Notes under the pieces: generated by a model | What the model saw: the letters and a program-made list of their open reading frames with translations, nothing else | Databases searched by the model: none | Told to the model about the DNA's origin: nothing | Shown here: positions 1 to 12,587 of the stretch, piece by piece | Layout: each line of letters begins with the position of its first letter | How positions within the stretch are numbered: position 1 is the first letter of the stretch | Translations under genes and position numbers: made by a program | NCBI GenBank assembly: GCA_030141605.1 | Contig: JAQGDQ010000119.1 | Location: 124,001 to 188,000, forward strand | Direction of reading: 5' to 3' | From: Tubiluchus corallicola | Lineage: Eukaryota; Animalia; Priapulida | Length of the DNA: 64,000 bases

Positions 1-535
1 TGACATACGTGAAAGAATTATTACCATCCAAAGCGCATTTTCACGTTCGCCCCACTAGTTCTTCGCTGTTACATGCATTTCACCATTCGCTAGTTAGACA
101 GGCACTAGCGTCTGCATTTCGGAAGATTATTGCACACAAAAATAGGTGCTGTACCTCTCAGTTCAGATGTGTTCGTTTGTGATGAACTACACACGTTCGA
201 CAGCTCGTGAATGAGCTCAGCGGTAAATTTGAATTTTGAATTTTTATCTTAAAACTTTCCTAGTTTCAGTACAACACACTGAATATCTTACAGTAGCACT
301 GTACTTCAATTTTCACTTTCTCAAATACGTACAACACGCTCGTGGAACATTTTTCCTGTTGAAAATTGTGTTAGTTTGTGATGTTATCAATAGTTGGGCT
401 CGCCCACCGTTAATTCAGATTTTAATCCATTATTTAATTATCAGAAACGCTTTTGCAGTATAAATTGTGATCAAATGTATACTTTTTATCGGACATGAAA
501 ATGGGGTAGGTTATGAAAAATCATCCCGTCTTCCT
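1..535 (+). mobile_element. Kolobok-like TTAA-flanked MITE, family 1 (left end outside window)
   Basis: Ends ...CTTCCT|TTAA. Homologous to 53151-53748 and ~49930-50395, and inverted to 21589-22089 and 28929-29569. Confidence 0.75.
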
Positions 536-888
536 TTAAAGAAAACATAGCCTAACAAAGTTGACCAGTCACTGCCCATCAAGAACTGCACGATTCAAGA
601 ACAGCCAGAAGTTTCTTCGATCAGACTTAAAAGCCACGTATTGATTTATTGATTTTTGCTAGAGTTTCCTCACCGGAGAGAGTAATGTGTTATCTTTAGC
701 GGCAAATTGAATTTTTTTATTCTCGAGACGACAGGACTGGATCATTTGGTGGAGTTGAGAAACATTTGACTAAGTGTTTACAAGAATAACATCAGCTACC
801 TTGATAAATTAATTTAATGTGTTTTGGTTATTTTATTATTGTTACTGGTTTAAAGTTTTAAAAGTCTGTTAATGTCTCAACAATATAT

Positions 889-1054
<166 letters not shown>

Positions 1055-1948
1055 TCCCTCTTCACCCTCCCTCTCTTTCTGTTTCTCTCCCCCCCCTTTC
1101 TCAACCGAACTCAATGTGTAGCTCGTGTAAACTGTAAGCTGGATTACTGAATATACAAATCAACGCGGTTTAAGTCTAATCAAGCAGCCAATGTATCAGT
1201 AACTACTCAATGCCTGGCCTGCATCATTTACCCATAATGGACATTGGTCAAGCTTACGTGATGTGGTCACTAATGCTTCACTCATTGAGCAGCAGCATTT
1301 CCTGGTAGGAGTAGTACTACAAATTAGTAGCCGTTTCATGTGCGTCGGCTAGATAAAGCAGAAGCCAATTCAATTTTCACTAGGCTTATAGGAGAAGAGG
1401 GCGGATCCATTCTTGAGGATTCAGTATGGTCAGAATAACAGAATTTAGGCAACAAATGCCTGTAATTAAGGTTAGAAAGCAAGCAACTAGTCATGATAGC
1501 TATCTCTTAATCTTTTTTCATAAGCCGTTTTGTAGAAGATCCCATAAATAAGGTAGTTGGCCTCACTAGCTTCATTAAATTTAATAGGGGTAGCAACGTT
1601 CCGTTTTGTTCTGGCTGCGCCATCTGTCAGAGCAAATCTTAGTTAAATCACTTTGAAAGAATCTGTAACAATTCCAATTTACAGCTCTTAATTGCATTTC
1701 TGTTGAGAGCGCTTGCACAGCAAAGAACGAAAAAGCTCTGCCTGGCTTTAACCCATGCAGGGCTGAATGAATGAATCACTATTGTCAGCTTTCTTACATA
1801 ACGTTTTGGAGATGTTTTATTCAACATTGTTAAGCCTGTGTCATTTGCTATTATACCACTAGAGAATAGCGATTGTGTTGGCATAAAAATTACAAAAAAT
1901 GCCAATTACAATTAATCAAAATGACTACAAACTTGGCAATACACGTCA

Positions 1949-2320
1949 TGGTTGGTTGGTTACTTGTTGGTTGGTTTGTTTGTCTGTCTGTCTGTTTGTT
2001 TGTTTGTTTTTTGGTTAGTTGGTTGGTTGTTGGTTGGTTGGTTGGCTGGCAGGCTGACAGAATGGATGGGTTTATAGTCGTTTGTTTTCTTGGTTGGTTG
2101 GTAAGTTGTTCGCTTGATTGGTTATTGGCCAGTTGCCTGGCTGGATGAATGGCTGACTGGTATATTGGTTTGTTTGATTGTTTGACGGTTGGTTAGTTGG
2201 TTTGTTCGATCAGTCGGTGAGTTCGATCTTTGGTTTGTTCATTGTTCAATTGGCTTTTTGTATGCTTGTTTGCCTGTTTGTACAAACATTGGTCTGTCTG
2301 TTCCTCCGTTCATTTGTTCG
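1949..2320. repeat. degenerate (TTGG/TTTG)n low-complexity tract
   Basis: Read directly from the sequence. Confidence 0.85.
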
Positions 2321-2688
2321 TTCTTTTTCCTTACTTTTCATTAAATTTTGTTTTTGTGAGTCGCACGTTCACTCATTCTATCATTCAAGCATTATTCCAG
2401 CATGGCAGTGTCCTGATTTTATCTCACTTTATTAACATGAAATGTGTTTTGAATCGCATGAGAATCTAAATTTCTGCTCATACCTGTTATAATGGAGTTC
2501 TTGTTAATAAATGATGTAGCGGCGTTGGCGAGGTATTGTGAATTGAATTAAGACCTGCAATAATCACAAAGACTGCAGTCTGTGTAATGGTGCACGTAAT
2601 ACAACAATAATTCACGGTTTAATTCTACCATTACGACACCGAATAAAGTGACGTCATATACCCGCCATTCCTGTGTACGTATATTTTA

Positions 2689-2802
2689 TGGTGTCAGAAG
2701 TGGGATTCAAGTGCACGTCCATAGTCGTGTCGTGGACCAGTATTAGTCATTGAAGTCGGACAGAATTCGAAATTTCAGGCTCAAGTCCGGACCTGTCTTG
2801 AC
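2689..2802 (-). pseudogene. degenerate intron-containing tRNA-Leu-derived sequence
   Basis: The minus strand reads GTCAAGA...CCGGACTTGAG[~37 nt insert]TACTGGTCCACG...TGGACGTG..TTGAATCCCACTTCTGACA-CCA. The 3' half resembles eukaryotic tRNA-Leu(CAA) with a variable arm; the D-arm is missing. Confidence 0.55.
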
Positions 2803-3080
2803 TTCTTCACAGTTTCTTCTTTTTGTGCCAAAAATTGATGTTAAAAACTAAATAGTTATGGGTTCATTTCAGCATGAACTAATAGCTTGTAAATTAAAAT
2901 TATAAACATCTGTTATGGCAGATTTGCAATCGCTTCAGCAATTCTTTGATGCAATAAATTGTTCTGTAATATTTCTAGTTGTTTCTGTACCCCCTAGTAA
3001 AAGAATATGTACCACTTGTTTCTTTACCCCTAGCAAAAGGTTATGTACCACCTTACGTGCTACGGTGTTGATGGCTTTGA

Positions 3081-3762
3081 AGCACAAGAAAACCCTCCAC
3101 TTACACAAAGCTTAAAAATTCGTCTTGGAATTTTATATCACGTAAAAACTGCCTTTTGACATACAGGGCTTGCGTTGGCAGCAATGCTGTATAAAACATG
3201 TTGATTTAAACTCCCACGATGATCGTTAGGCACAGCCATTTTGATGGTAGGTCGTTTGAAACAAGTTTAGATAACATTGCGTGAAGTTTGAAAAAATAAT
3301 CAGAGCAGTTGTAGCGCACACGTTACAAATTGAATAAAATTTAAAATTACTTCACTTTGTCAATAAGATTAAAAATATGTTTTTGGTTAGTGAGTGGTTC
3401 ACCCTGGAGGGTAAGTCAGCGACATTTTACCAATCGGTGAAAACATTTTAAATGATCAAAACTTTTCTTTTCTAGTTACATAAGTCTTTCAAGTAGGTCA
3501 GCGAAATGCTAAGTAATATAACTTTGCAGGGAAAGTCTTTGGGACACAATTTAACATCGCCTTTTCTTTCCCTGATTCACGTTTGGATAGTGACGTCATG
3601 TAATGGCGCGGTCGGAACAGTATTGCGGAAAATTTAAAATGAAAATAAACAAAACTTCTTTTCAATGCAAGTACGATACGCGCATAAAATTGCTGTAAAG
3701 TAATTTAACTTTTTAAGGCTAGTTTTTCTGAAACCTACTTCAGGGACCTCTTTTCTTGTCCT
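3081..3762 (+). mobile_element. Kolobok-like TTAA-flanked MITE, family 2; other copies at ~10030-10445, ~18500-18873 (inverted), 20219-20901, ~38445-38795 (inverted)
   Basis: Ends AGCACAAGAAAA / TTTTCTTGTCCT|TTAA; shared internal sequence across five copies. Confidence 0.75.
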
Positions 3763-4061
3763 TTAAGTCCAAAAACGCCACGTAATATTGAAAAATAATA
3801 GCAGGCGACAGCAACGTCAGGATTAAGGGTAGTAATTCCTCTGCTGGTCATTGGCCTTGGTCAATAAATCTTTACTAAAACAGTTCTTACCAGGAAACTG
3901 CAGCAGGCTCATGACTGTACAATGAGATATAGCAGAGCTTTTGGGTCTTTTCAAGAATCTTATAGGTCCTTGTCCATAATAAAATTAAGGGAATAGTTCA
4001 CTAGTCAGTGTGAGGTCTGACTAGAGAGAAAGAGAGGCAGACTGACAAACAGAAAGAGAGC

Positions 4062-4103
<42 letters not shown>

Positions 4104-4179
4104 TTTGTTTGTAAATAGTATCTATAATATTTGTGTGATTGTATGTGTTATACTGTACACCTTGAGTTGAATTCAAAAA

Positions 4180-4816
<637 letters not shown>

Positions 4817-5204
4817 TAAAACTAGCAATAGCAAAATACCCATATGTTCCGGGTGTTGTTTATGCAATAATAATTGTTTCGACCACTACTGACCTGTACT
4901 GGCACTGAGCTGTAATTGCTCGTTTAATAAAGTGAAACGCCTCATTACAGGCACTGATAACTGCTTTGTGCAACCAAATCCCATAAAATTGTCAAGAACC
5001 ATTTTATAGGCAGATTTAAGTGGGATAATGGAAAAAGTGCTTTTAGTAACGATCTAGTGAAAAATTTGAAATTAGTTAACATCAATTACGTCGACGTTTA
5101 TGAGACGTTCGATACACAACACCTTGTTCAAGTAGCAGAATCAGCAGCAACAGAAACTGCGGGCATTTCAGAAAGTACAAGACCAGTAGCTGCACAGGCA
5201 GCAA

Positions 5205-5636
<432 letters not shown>

Positions 5637-7943
5637 CCGCGGGTACAATAACAAAAGCAACATAATAAAAGAACAAATAAAGCACGACTGAAAAAGAAAA
5701 AGGTAAAAGAAAGAATAATTAATGGAACTCTTTAACGATGATAAAAAAGACGGACAAAATAAGTTAAGAACCTTTAAAACACAATATAAAGGTGGAAAAC
5801 TACTTAAGTTTAATTGTTATCAGGGCTCAATAAAAAATTGATAATAAAATTCACTGAACGTAGAGTAAGTTCTCATAAACTGTATATTGAAACAGGTCTT
5901 TATCATAAGCTTAAAAAATTCACGCCGAGAATCGTATATATCAGTATTGCGTAGTCGGAAGTACAAGATGAACTTCATTTCATATTATATTGTACTTTAT
6001 AATAAAATAATAATAATGTGTTTGCATAGCAAAATCGTCTATAAGTCGACAATTAAGCTTTTTTAGTTATTCACATATCCTGAATCTCCATTTCATGAGG
6101 ATCAGTTTGATACCAAGTTCATCACTCTGTGTTATTTCTAAGCTGAGATAATCCACGTTGAAGTTGAAGTGCAGGCTATGCAGTGAAAAACATAACATTG
6201 AGAAAATCTCTGTTAAAGTTAGCCATTGTTTTTCTCGCGTCTCAACAAAATACTTGGCAACTGCACAAATGTTGGTTGCTACGGACTTTGCAAGAACACA
6301 TTAAAGTTATGCTTAAATCCAGTAAATGGCTCTTTTCGACGAAGATCTGGGCTTGGTAACAGAAAAAAACCGAAGCAAAATGACTGCTTCCACGAGTTTG
6401 AAAGCACAAGTTTTTTACCTTTTCAATACTAGTTCCTTCACAGAAAAGCGGATATGTGGTTATAAAATTAGATTTTTAGTATTTTTTCGACAGCGGCGTT
6501 TGGCTATTGTGCGCATACGGCCATGCGTACATGTCTGAGATAACACGCTGTACACTAGCGTCTGCTGCTAGGTAGAAAAGCACTGTGTCTATCACAGTAA
6601 CAATTGCCACGTGCTTACCGTATACCGTCATATTCTTGGATATGGTAATGTGTAAACTTAGCGTGTGCGCTTGAAACATAAATTATTTAATAATGGACGC
6701 CTTGCATCCCCAAGAAATAATTTCTGTGACTGTAAGTGAACTACAAGAGCTTAATTTTTCGTTTCGTTTTACACAGTATTAAAACAATGGCTAAAAATTT
6801 TCTGTAGCAGCACCCCCACTAATATTAGTTACGAGCTGCCACTAGTTATCACTCTGCAACATCAATGATAAGAACAGTAAAAACGCTGCACTACAGCTAA
6901 TATCAAAAGGTTTAGGCGTCTATAATGTTCTGTAATAGGTCCCTGGGCTTGCATAATAGAAATTAAACTGAACAGCTTCAGCAAACTGGACGTTATTGAA
7001 ATGAAGAGGAATTGAAGAAGCAATTTTCTGAAGCAAAATCCAGTTTTCACTGAGTAATTGCTACAAGAATTCCTGCAAGATTTAATTTCGAACACAGCTA
7101 GAGAGCACTTTACGAGATTTCGCGAGAACTCAGACACGTGATTTCTCGAGAACATGAGTGGGCAAACCATGGATAATAATATTACTAAGGGAGCAAAGTT
7201 ATGGCGTCAGTGGTATGGTCCATGCCAAACACTTGACTAAAATCCGTGAGGCTCCAAGTTCGATGTGCTAAATTGACTTTTTTGGATCGCTTTGCAAAAA
7301 TGATCTAAGTCTCTGTCTTCACATTTGTTACTTTTGCTACACTTTTGTGTCATTTTAAATATGATTTTGTCTGCGCTGATGCTGATTTTTGCCTCCAGTT
7401 AATTGATATCTTTGTTTTCACCTGTATCTTTATCATTTTCATTGTTTTGAAGGATCGAGAATCATGGAGATACTGTACTTTTATTGTTACTATTACTGTT
7501 ATTCTTACTGTTGCTGTTATTGTTATCTCTACTGTTACTGTTATCCTTGACTGTTGCTGTTATTGTTGTTACTGTTATTGTTACTGTTACTGTGTGCTTT
7601 TATTTTCACTTCATTTTCTTTCTCTTACTTTGACTTTCATAATATTAACTTCACCATTGTTATTGTTTTTATACCTTCACTCTGACCTGGCACGCTGGTC
7701 TATTTTAACAATGTTTCTTCTATATGCCTGTGGCTGTCTTGATAGTTTGCAACTGCTAGTTCTCATTTATTTTTATGATTACCTTTACTTGTACTGGGTT
7801 GCGACTTAATCAGTCAGTAACAAGCCTCCATTTTTTATAATCACTCTTTGGAAAATCCCCGTCCAATTTTATTCTCTATAGTTCCATTAGGTTTTTCTTT
7901 TATCTTTTTTTCGCCCTGGTTTGGTGTGGGGAGAGTTGTGTTG

Positions 7944-8015
7944 GGTTGGGTGGCCGAGTGGTCTAGATTGCGGGCTGCAATCATGCAGTCTTGAGTTCGA
8001 TACTAGCGGCCGCCA
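7944..8015 (+). mobile_element. tRNA-derived SINE-like head / tRNA pseudogene
   Basis: A-box TGGCCGAGTGG (7951-7961) and B-box GAGTTCGATAC (7993-8003); stems are poorly paired. Confidence 0.55.
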
Positions 8016-8127
8016 ACGCCAGGACATATACCCTACATGTTATTCGTTGTTCGTGAGTTGCATCCTTACCTGTATTGTTGTAAGTGTAAGTCGCTATATA
8101 GACGTTTGTGCCAATGTTGCCTTTGTC

Positions 8128-8671
8128 CAGTAGCGGCCCGTAACTAAAATTAATGAGGAAGGGGGTGCTTCAGAAAATTTTAAGCCATTCTTTTAATATG
8201 TGTAAAACGAAGCAAAAATGTAATTTTAATGTTGTAATTTGTAATTGTAATTTTAACAAACAAACATACGAAAATTTACCAATAAACTTGTTAAAATCCT
8301 AAACAAAAAATTTTTGCTTACAAATAGCCTAAATTGCCGGAGTTCAAGAATATGTCGGTACACAGTTTTTAAGCACGTGACAACTGGCAACAAACTGTGT
8401 GAGCGACAGAGCTTTCTCTACCTAGCAGCAGACGTTAGCAGTGCAGCGTACAGCGTGATAATCTCAGACATGCGCATAGCTGCATACGCACAAAAGCCAA
8501 ACAAACCACGGTACAGGGCTGTGAAGCAAACAGTACTACTCTCACGTGCTCTGATTCCGTACAAGTATAAAGAAAGACCTAAAAAATACTTATTGTATTG
8601 AATATTATCGATAATATTGAGTAAAAATAGGGGTGCTGCATTTCCACGGTACCTATACACGAGCCGCCACT
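8128..8671 (-). mobile_element. MITE family TAGTGGCGGCTC, inverted copy
   Basis: Reverse-complement match to 11078-11657; flanked by a CTTTGTC direct repeat. Confidence 0.8.
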
Positions 8672-9274
8672 ACTTTGTCTTTTGTCTTTGCTGAGACGTT
8701 CTTGTCCCATTCCTGGATTTCTCATTTCAAGGTTTAAGTGTTCATATGAGTTTAGTGATGTTGCATGATCGTGCTGTTGTCTCCAGAGAGCTTACCTACG
8801 GTAATTGCGGATTTTTTCTCAGACTAGTTTACGGCTTCTAAAAATTGGCTTCTTCCAATGACGCGCCGTTCGTCAAGATTGTTTTAACTGGATGGCAATT
8901 ACTCAAAATAAATACTACAACTCGCCAAAGCGTGGAGAACTTGTAATTTCTACCGAAAGTGAGATTAAATTGTGATTGTTTAGACAGTTTTGCTGCCGCC
9001 GGATTCGGAAACAAACGTCGGAAAAAGTTGCTGAAGCCAGTTTTTCATCATTTTTTTTTTTGACTGGCATTTCTTGTGATCGTTTCTGTCACCCATTTTT
9101 GGTGTTTACAAATGTTTTTATTTATAATGCGAGTAGGACAACAAAAGTTCTTAGGCATCTTACTTGTTTGTGTGTACCGTCCTTTGTCGTAAGGACTGTA
9201 GTGACTATTTTTACAACTGTGATGGGTGAATGTAAAAATGTTCGTTATAAAGAAATGTGTATTATGAAATGTTT

Positions 9275-9400
<126 letters not shown>

Positions 9401-11077
9401 TCTAGGTGTTTTCGTTTATATAGTCACAATTTCTATGTGCTTATTTCACTTACTATGAATATCTCCCCCATCTCCTCTCCATTTGGCCAACCCTCTATCT
9501 CTCTCCTCTCATTTTCTTTGTCTCTTTTCCCTTTTCCTTCCATTCTCTTCCTTTCATTTGCGTTCTTTCTTTGCTTCCCTCTCTGTTTTATCTCTATTCT
9601 GTACGTTCCGTCGTCTGTCCCTCGTTTAATTTAAAGTTTATTTCAGCATAGAAAATGCTGCAAAAAGTTATCAACACCAGAAGCTAAGGAACATTGTATG
9701 ACAGGTACTATTAAAAGAGCTACAAATATATACAAAAATATAATAAAACGTTACACAGAATTTAAAATTACAAGCCATCAGTTTAAAACCAGTCATCAAT
9801 AAATCACACCTCCGCCTAAACATTCTACTATAATAAAATTTTTCCTCAGTTTGATCGCATATATGATTTAAAATAGAATTTGCGAAAATAGAAATCGAAT
9901 CTTATACAGTACATACGGTGAGCAACAGTACTTTAAAATGTCATTTTCTGCACATATTGCAGAAGATGGCGTATCGTAAACCCAAAGTGAAAAACATGTG
10001 AAGAACAATGTTGTAAGTGGCGCGGATCGTGGTTTCAACACCTCTTCACAAATAAACCTTTGAAAATTCGTTTTGAAATTTTTTATTACTAGCATGCTGT
10101 CGTATTGCATGCAGAGCTTGCATTGGCAATAACGCTACACAAAACTTGTAATATTGAAGTCCCGCGATAACCATAAGGCGCAGCCATTTTAACGGTAACG
10201 CCAAGTTTAGATAACATTGCATAAAGTTTGAAAGAATAATCAGAGCATTCGTAGCGCGCCCTTCACTAATTAAGCAAAAGTTTAAATTACTTTAAATTGT
10301 CAATAAGATTAATAATGTGTTTTTGGTGAATCAGTAGTGCACACTGGGATTGTGATGCAGTGACATTTTACCAGGTGGTGCAACCATTTTTAATTATAAA
10401 GAATTTTCTTTTCTAGTTACATAAGTAAGCACAAATGCTAAGTGATATTTTTTCAAATTTATTTTTCAAATTTCAATTTTAATTTATTCGAATTAACATA
10501 ACAACAGTTTTACAATAGATTTCAGATGATGGTACGTAAAATAGATATTACCAATAACGTGCATATTGTCAACTTATTAACATAAACAACAGCATTAGAT
10601 AATGCATGTTTTTGGGAGACCAAGGAAGCTGCAGCTTTTTGGGACCACCCAGAGGGCAATGCGATTTTTAAGGAGATAGTTATGACAGTATATGACTAAA
10701 ATTTTGCAAATATTTAAAAAGCTTAAGGTTAATATATTAATAAAATGAATGGAGAGATTATTGTAATATTTATTTTTCCTGCTCTTTCTGTAATGGTTAT
10801 TTTTCCCGTATAACATTTTATGGAAAGTTCCCTGCGACATGCTTTAAATTCCCTATTCTTCCCCTTAAAACTACTTACTTTGAAATGAGCCTATGAGTTA
10901 TTACAGTATATGCTGTCACAGAAACCCTGCTTTTCTACCTCCCTCTCCTCTGCCCTCATTTCTCATTCAGTAATTGTATCGACCTAGAAAGATTAATGGG
11001 ACAGCCTGAATCTCTTGTGGTACATCGTATAACACATGCAAATCAATTTGCAATCTGCTTTATGGTATAATGAGAAT

Positions 11078-11657
11078 AGTGGCGGCTCCTGTATAGGTAC
11101 TGTGGAACTGCAGCACCCCCTGTTTTTACTCGACATTATCGATGATATTCAATGTAATAAGTGTTTTTTCTTTAGTTCTTTCTTTATACTTGTACGGAAC
11201 CAGAGCTCTTGTGGGTAGTACTGTTTGCTTCACAGCCCAGCACAGTGCGCTCACAGCTCCAGCAACGCGGTGTTTGGCTGTTGTGCGCATGCGGCCATGC
11301 ACACACGTCTGAGATAAGATGCTGCACTTTAGGTAGAAAGAGTACTGTCGCTTGCTGCAGTACGTGTTGTCAGTTGTCACGTGTTTAAAAGCTGTGTACC
11401 GGCATATTTCCTGAACTGCGACAATTTAGGCTATTCGTAAGAAAACAATATTTTCTGTTTAGGATTTATCAAGTTTATCTCTAAACTTTCGTATGCATGT
11501 TTGTTTAAAAATTTATGTATAAAATCGTTTGTTTGTTTAAAATTACAATTACAAAAAATTACACATGCTTGGTACGTTTTACACAGTATTAAAACAATGT
11601 CTAAAAAAATTTAAATTTTGCAGCACCCCCACTGATTTCAGCTACGAGCCGTTACTG
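11078..11657 (+). mobile_element. MITE family TAGTGGCGGCTC (hAT-like); further copies at ~6490-6845, 8128-8671 (inverted), 34243-34765, 51949-52390
   Basis: TIR TAGTGGCGGCTC / GAGCCGTTACTG; shared internal sequence ...GTATAGGTACTGTGGAACTGCAGCACCCC... in all copies. Confidence 0.8.
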
Positions 11658-12108
11658 AACGAGAGGCTTACAAAGGGAAACCTTCTCCCTAAACATGAAC
11701 TGAAGCCATACTCTTAGTTTTCTGATACTCAGTGACACCAAATTGTTTACAACTTCATAAAACTGATTTACTATTTACTATCTTATTTATGTTAGTATTT
11801 AATCTTCAAAGTGCAATACACGAGTGATAAGGCAGTTAAAATAAAATAATAAAGGACTACTACAAAAACAGTGCAAATTAAAACAAAGTGATAATAGTAA
11901 TAATATAAGTAGAAGATTACGGTACAACAAGCTTTCATTTGCTGCCATGCAAGCTTGTAATTATGAAAATAAAAAATACGTTATACGAAAGCTTTACTTA
12001 CAGAATTTTAGAATTTTATTTTCGAAACATTTTTTAGAATTTCTGATGATGAATCAAGTTGGTTCGAAGCTTTATTTAAGTCTAATAGTAATAAATGCTG
12101 TAATGTTG

Positions 12109-12461
12109 CAGGGGCGGCTCTGCCACTAGGTAGGTTAACTAGGCAGTTGCTCAAGCCGCCAAATTTTTGGAGGCACTAAATTCTGGAAGTAATTCTTTAA
12201 GTAATTTTTAAGTTTAGCTTTAGCATAAGTAATAATATAGTGTATGTACAATTGCTTAAGTGCATAACACTTTAATGAGACAGAGTGCTTAAATTGATTA
12301 ATACAATATAGTGCGCGCACAAACCTAACACACAGATGCCGTTATAGTTTATTTCATACAACAAAAATACAGTTTTGTGGGTGGCGTGCATAGGAACCGT
12401 GGGGAAGCGGTTGCCGTAAATTAATTTTGCCTGGTACGCCATACTACCTAGACCGGTCCTG
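12109..12461. mobile_element. hAT-like MITE
   Basis: TIR CAGGGGCGGCTC / GACCGGTCCTG; perfect 8-bp TSD TAATGTTG. Confidence 0.8.
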
Positions 12462-12587
12462 TAATGTTGTAAACTCCACTCGCACGTGCCATATTTTCGA
12501 TTTTCGTGTTTCCAAACTGGTTGAATCCTTCGGGAATTTGGAATTTTGATCAGACTCCGGTAGGTCTGCTGTGTTGTGGAATCATGC

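Noticed and set aside
6967-7236. Protein-looking frame TEQLQQTGRY*NEEELKKQF... as a possible pseudogene or alternative genetic code
   Set aside because: About six stops in 90 codons is what random AT-rich DNA gives. No family motif was recognised, and the real genes here use the standard code.
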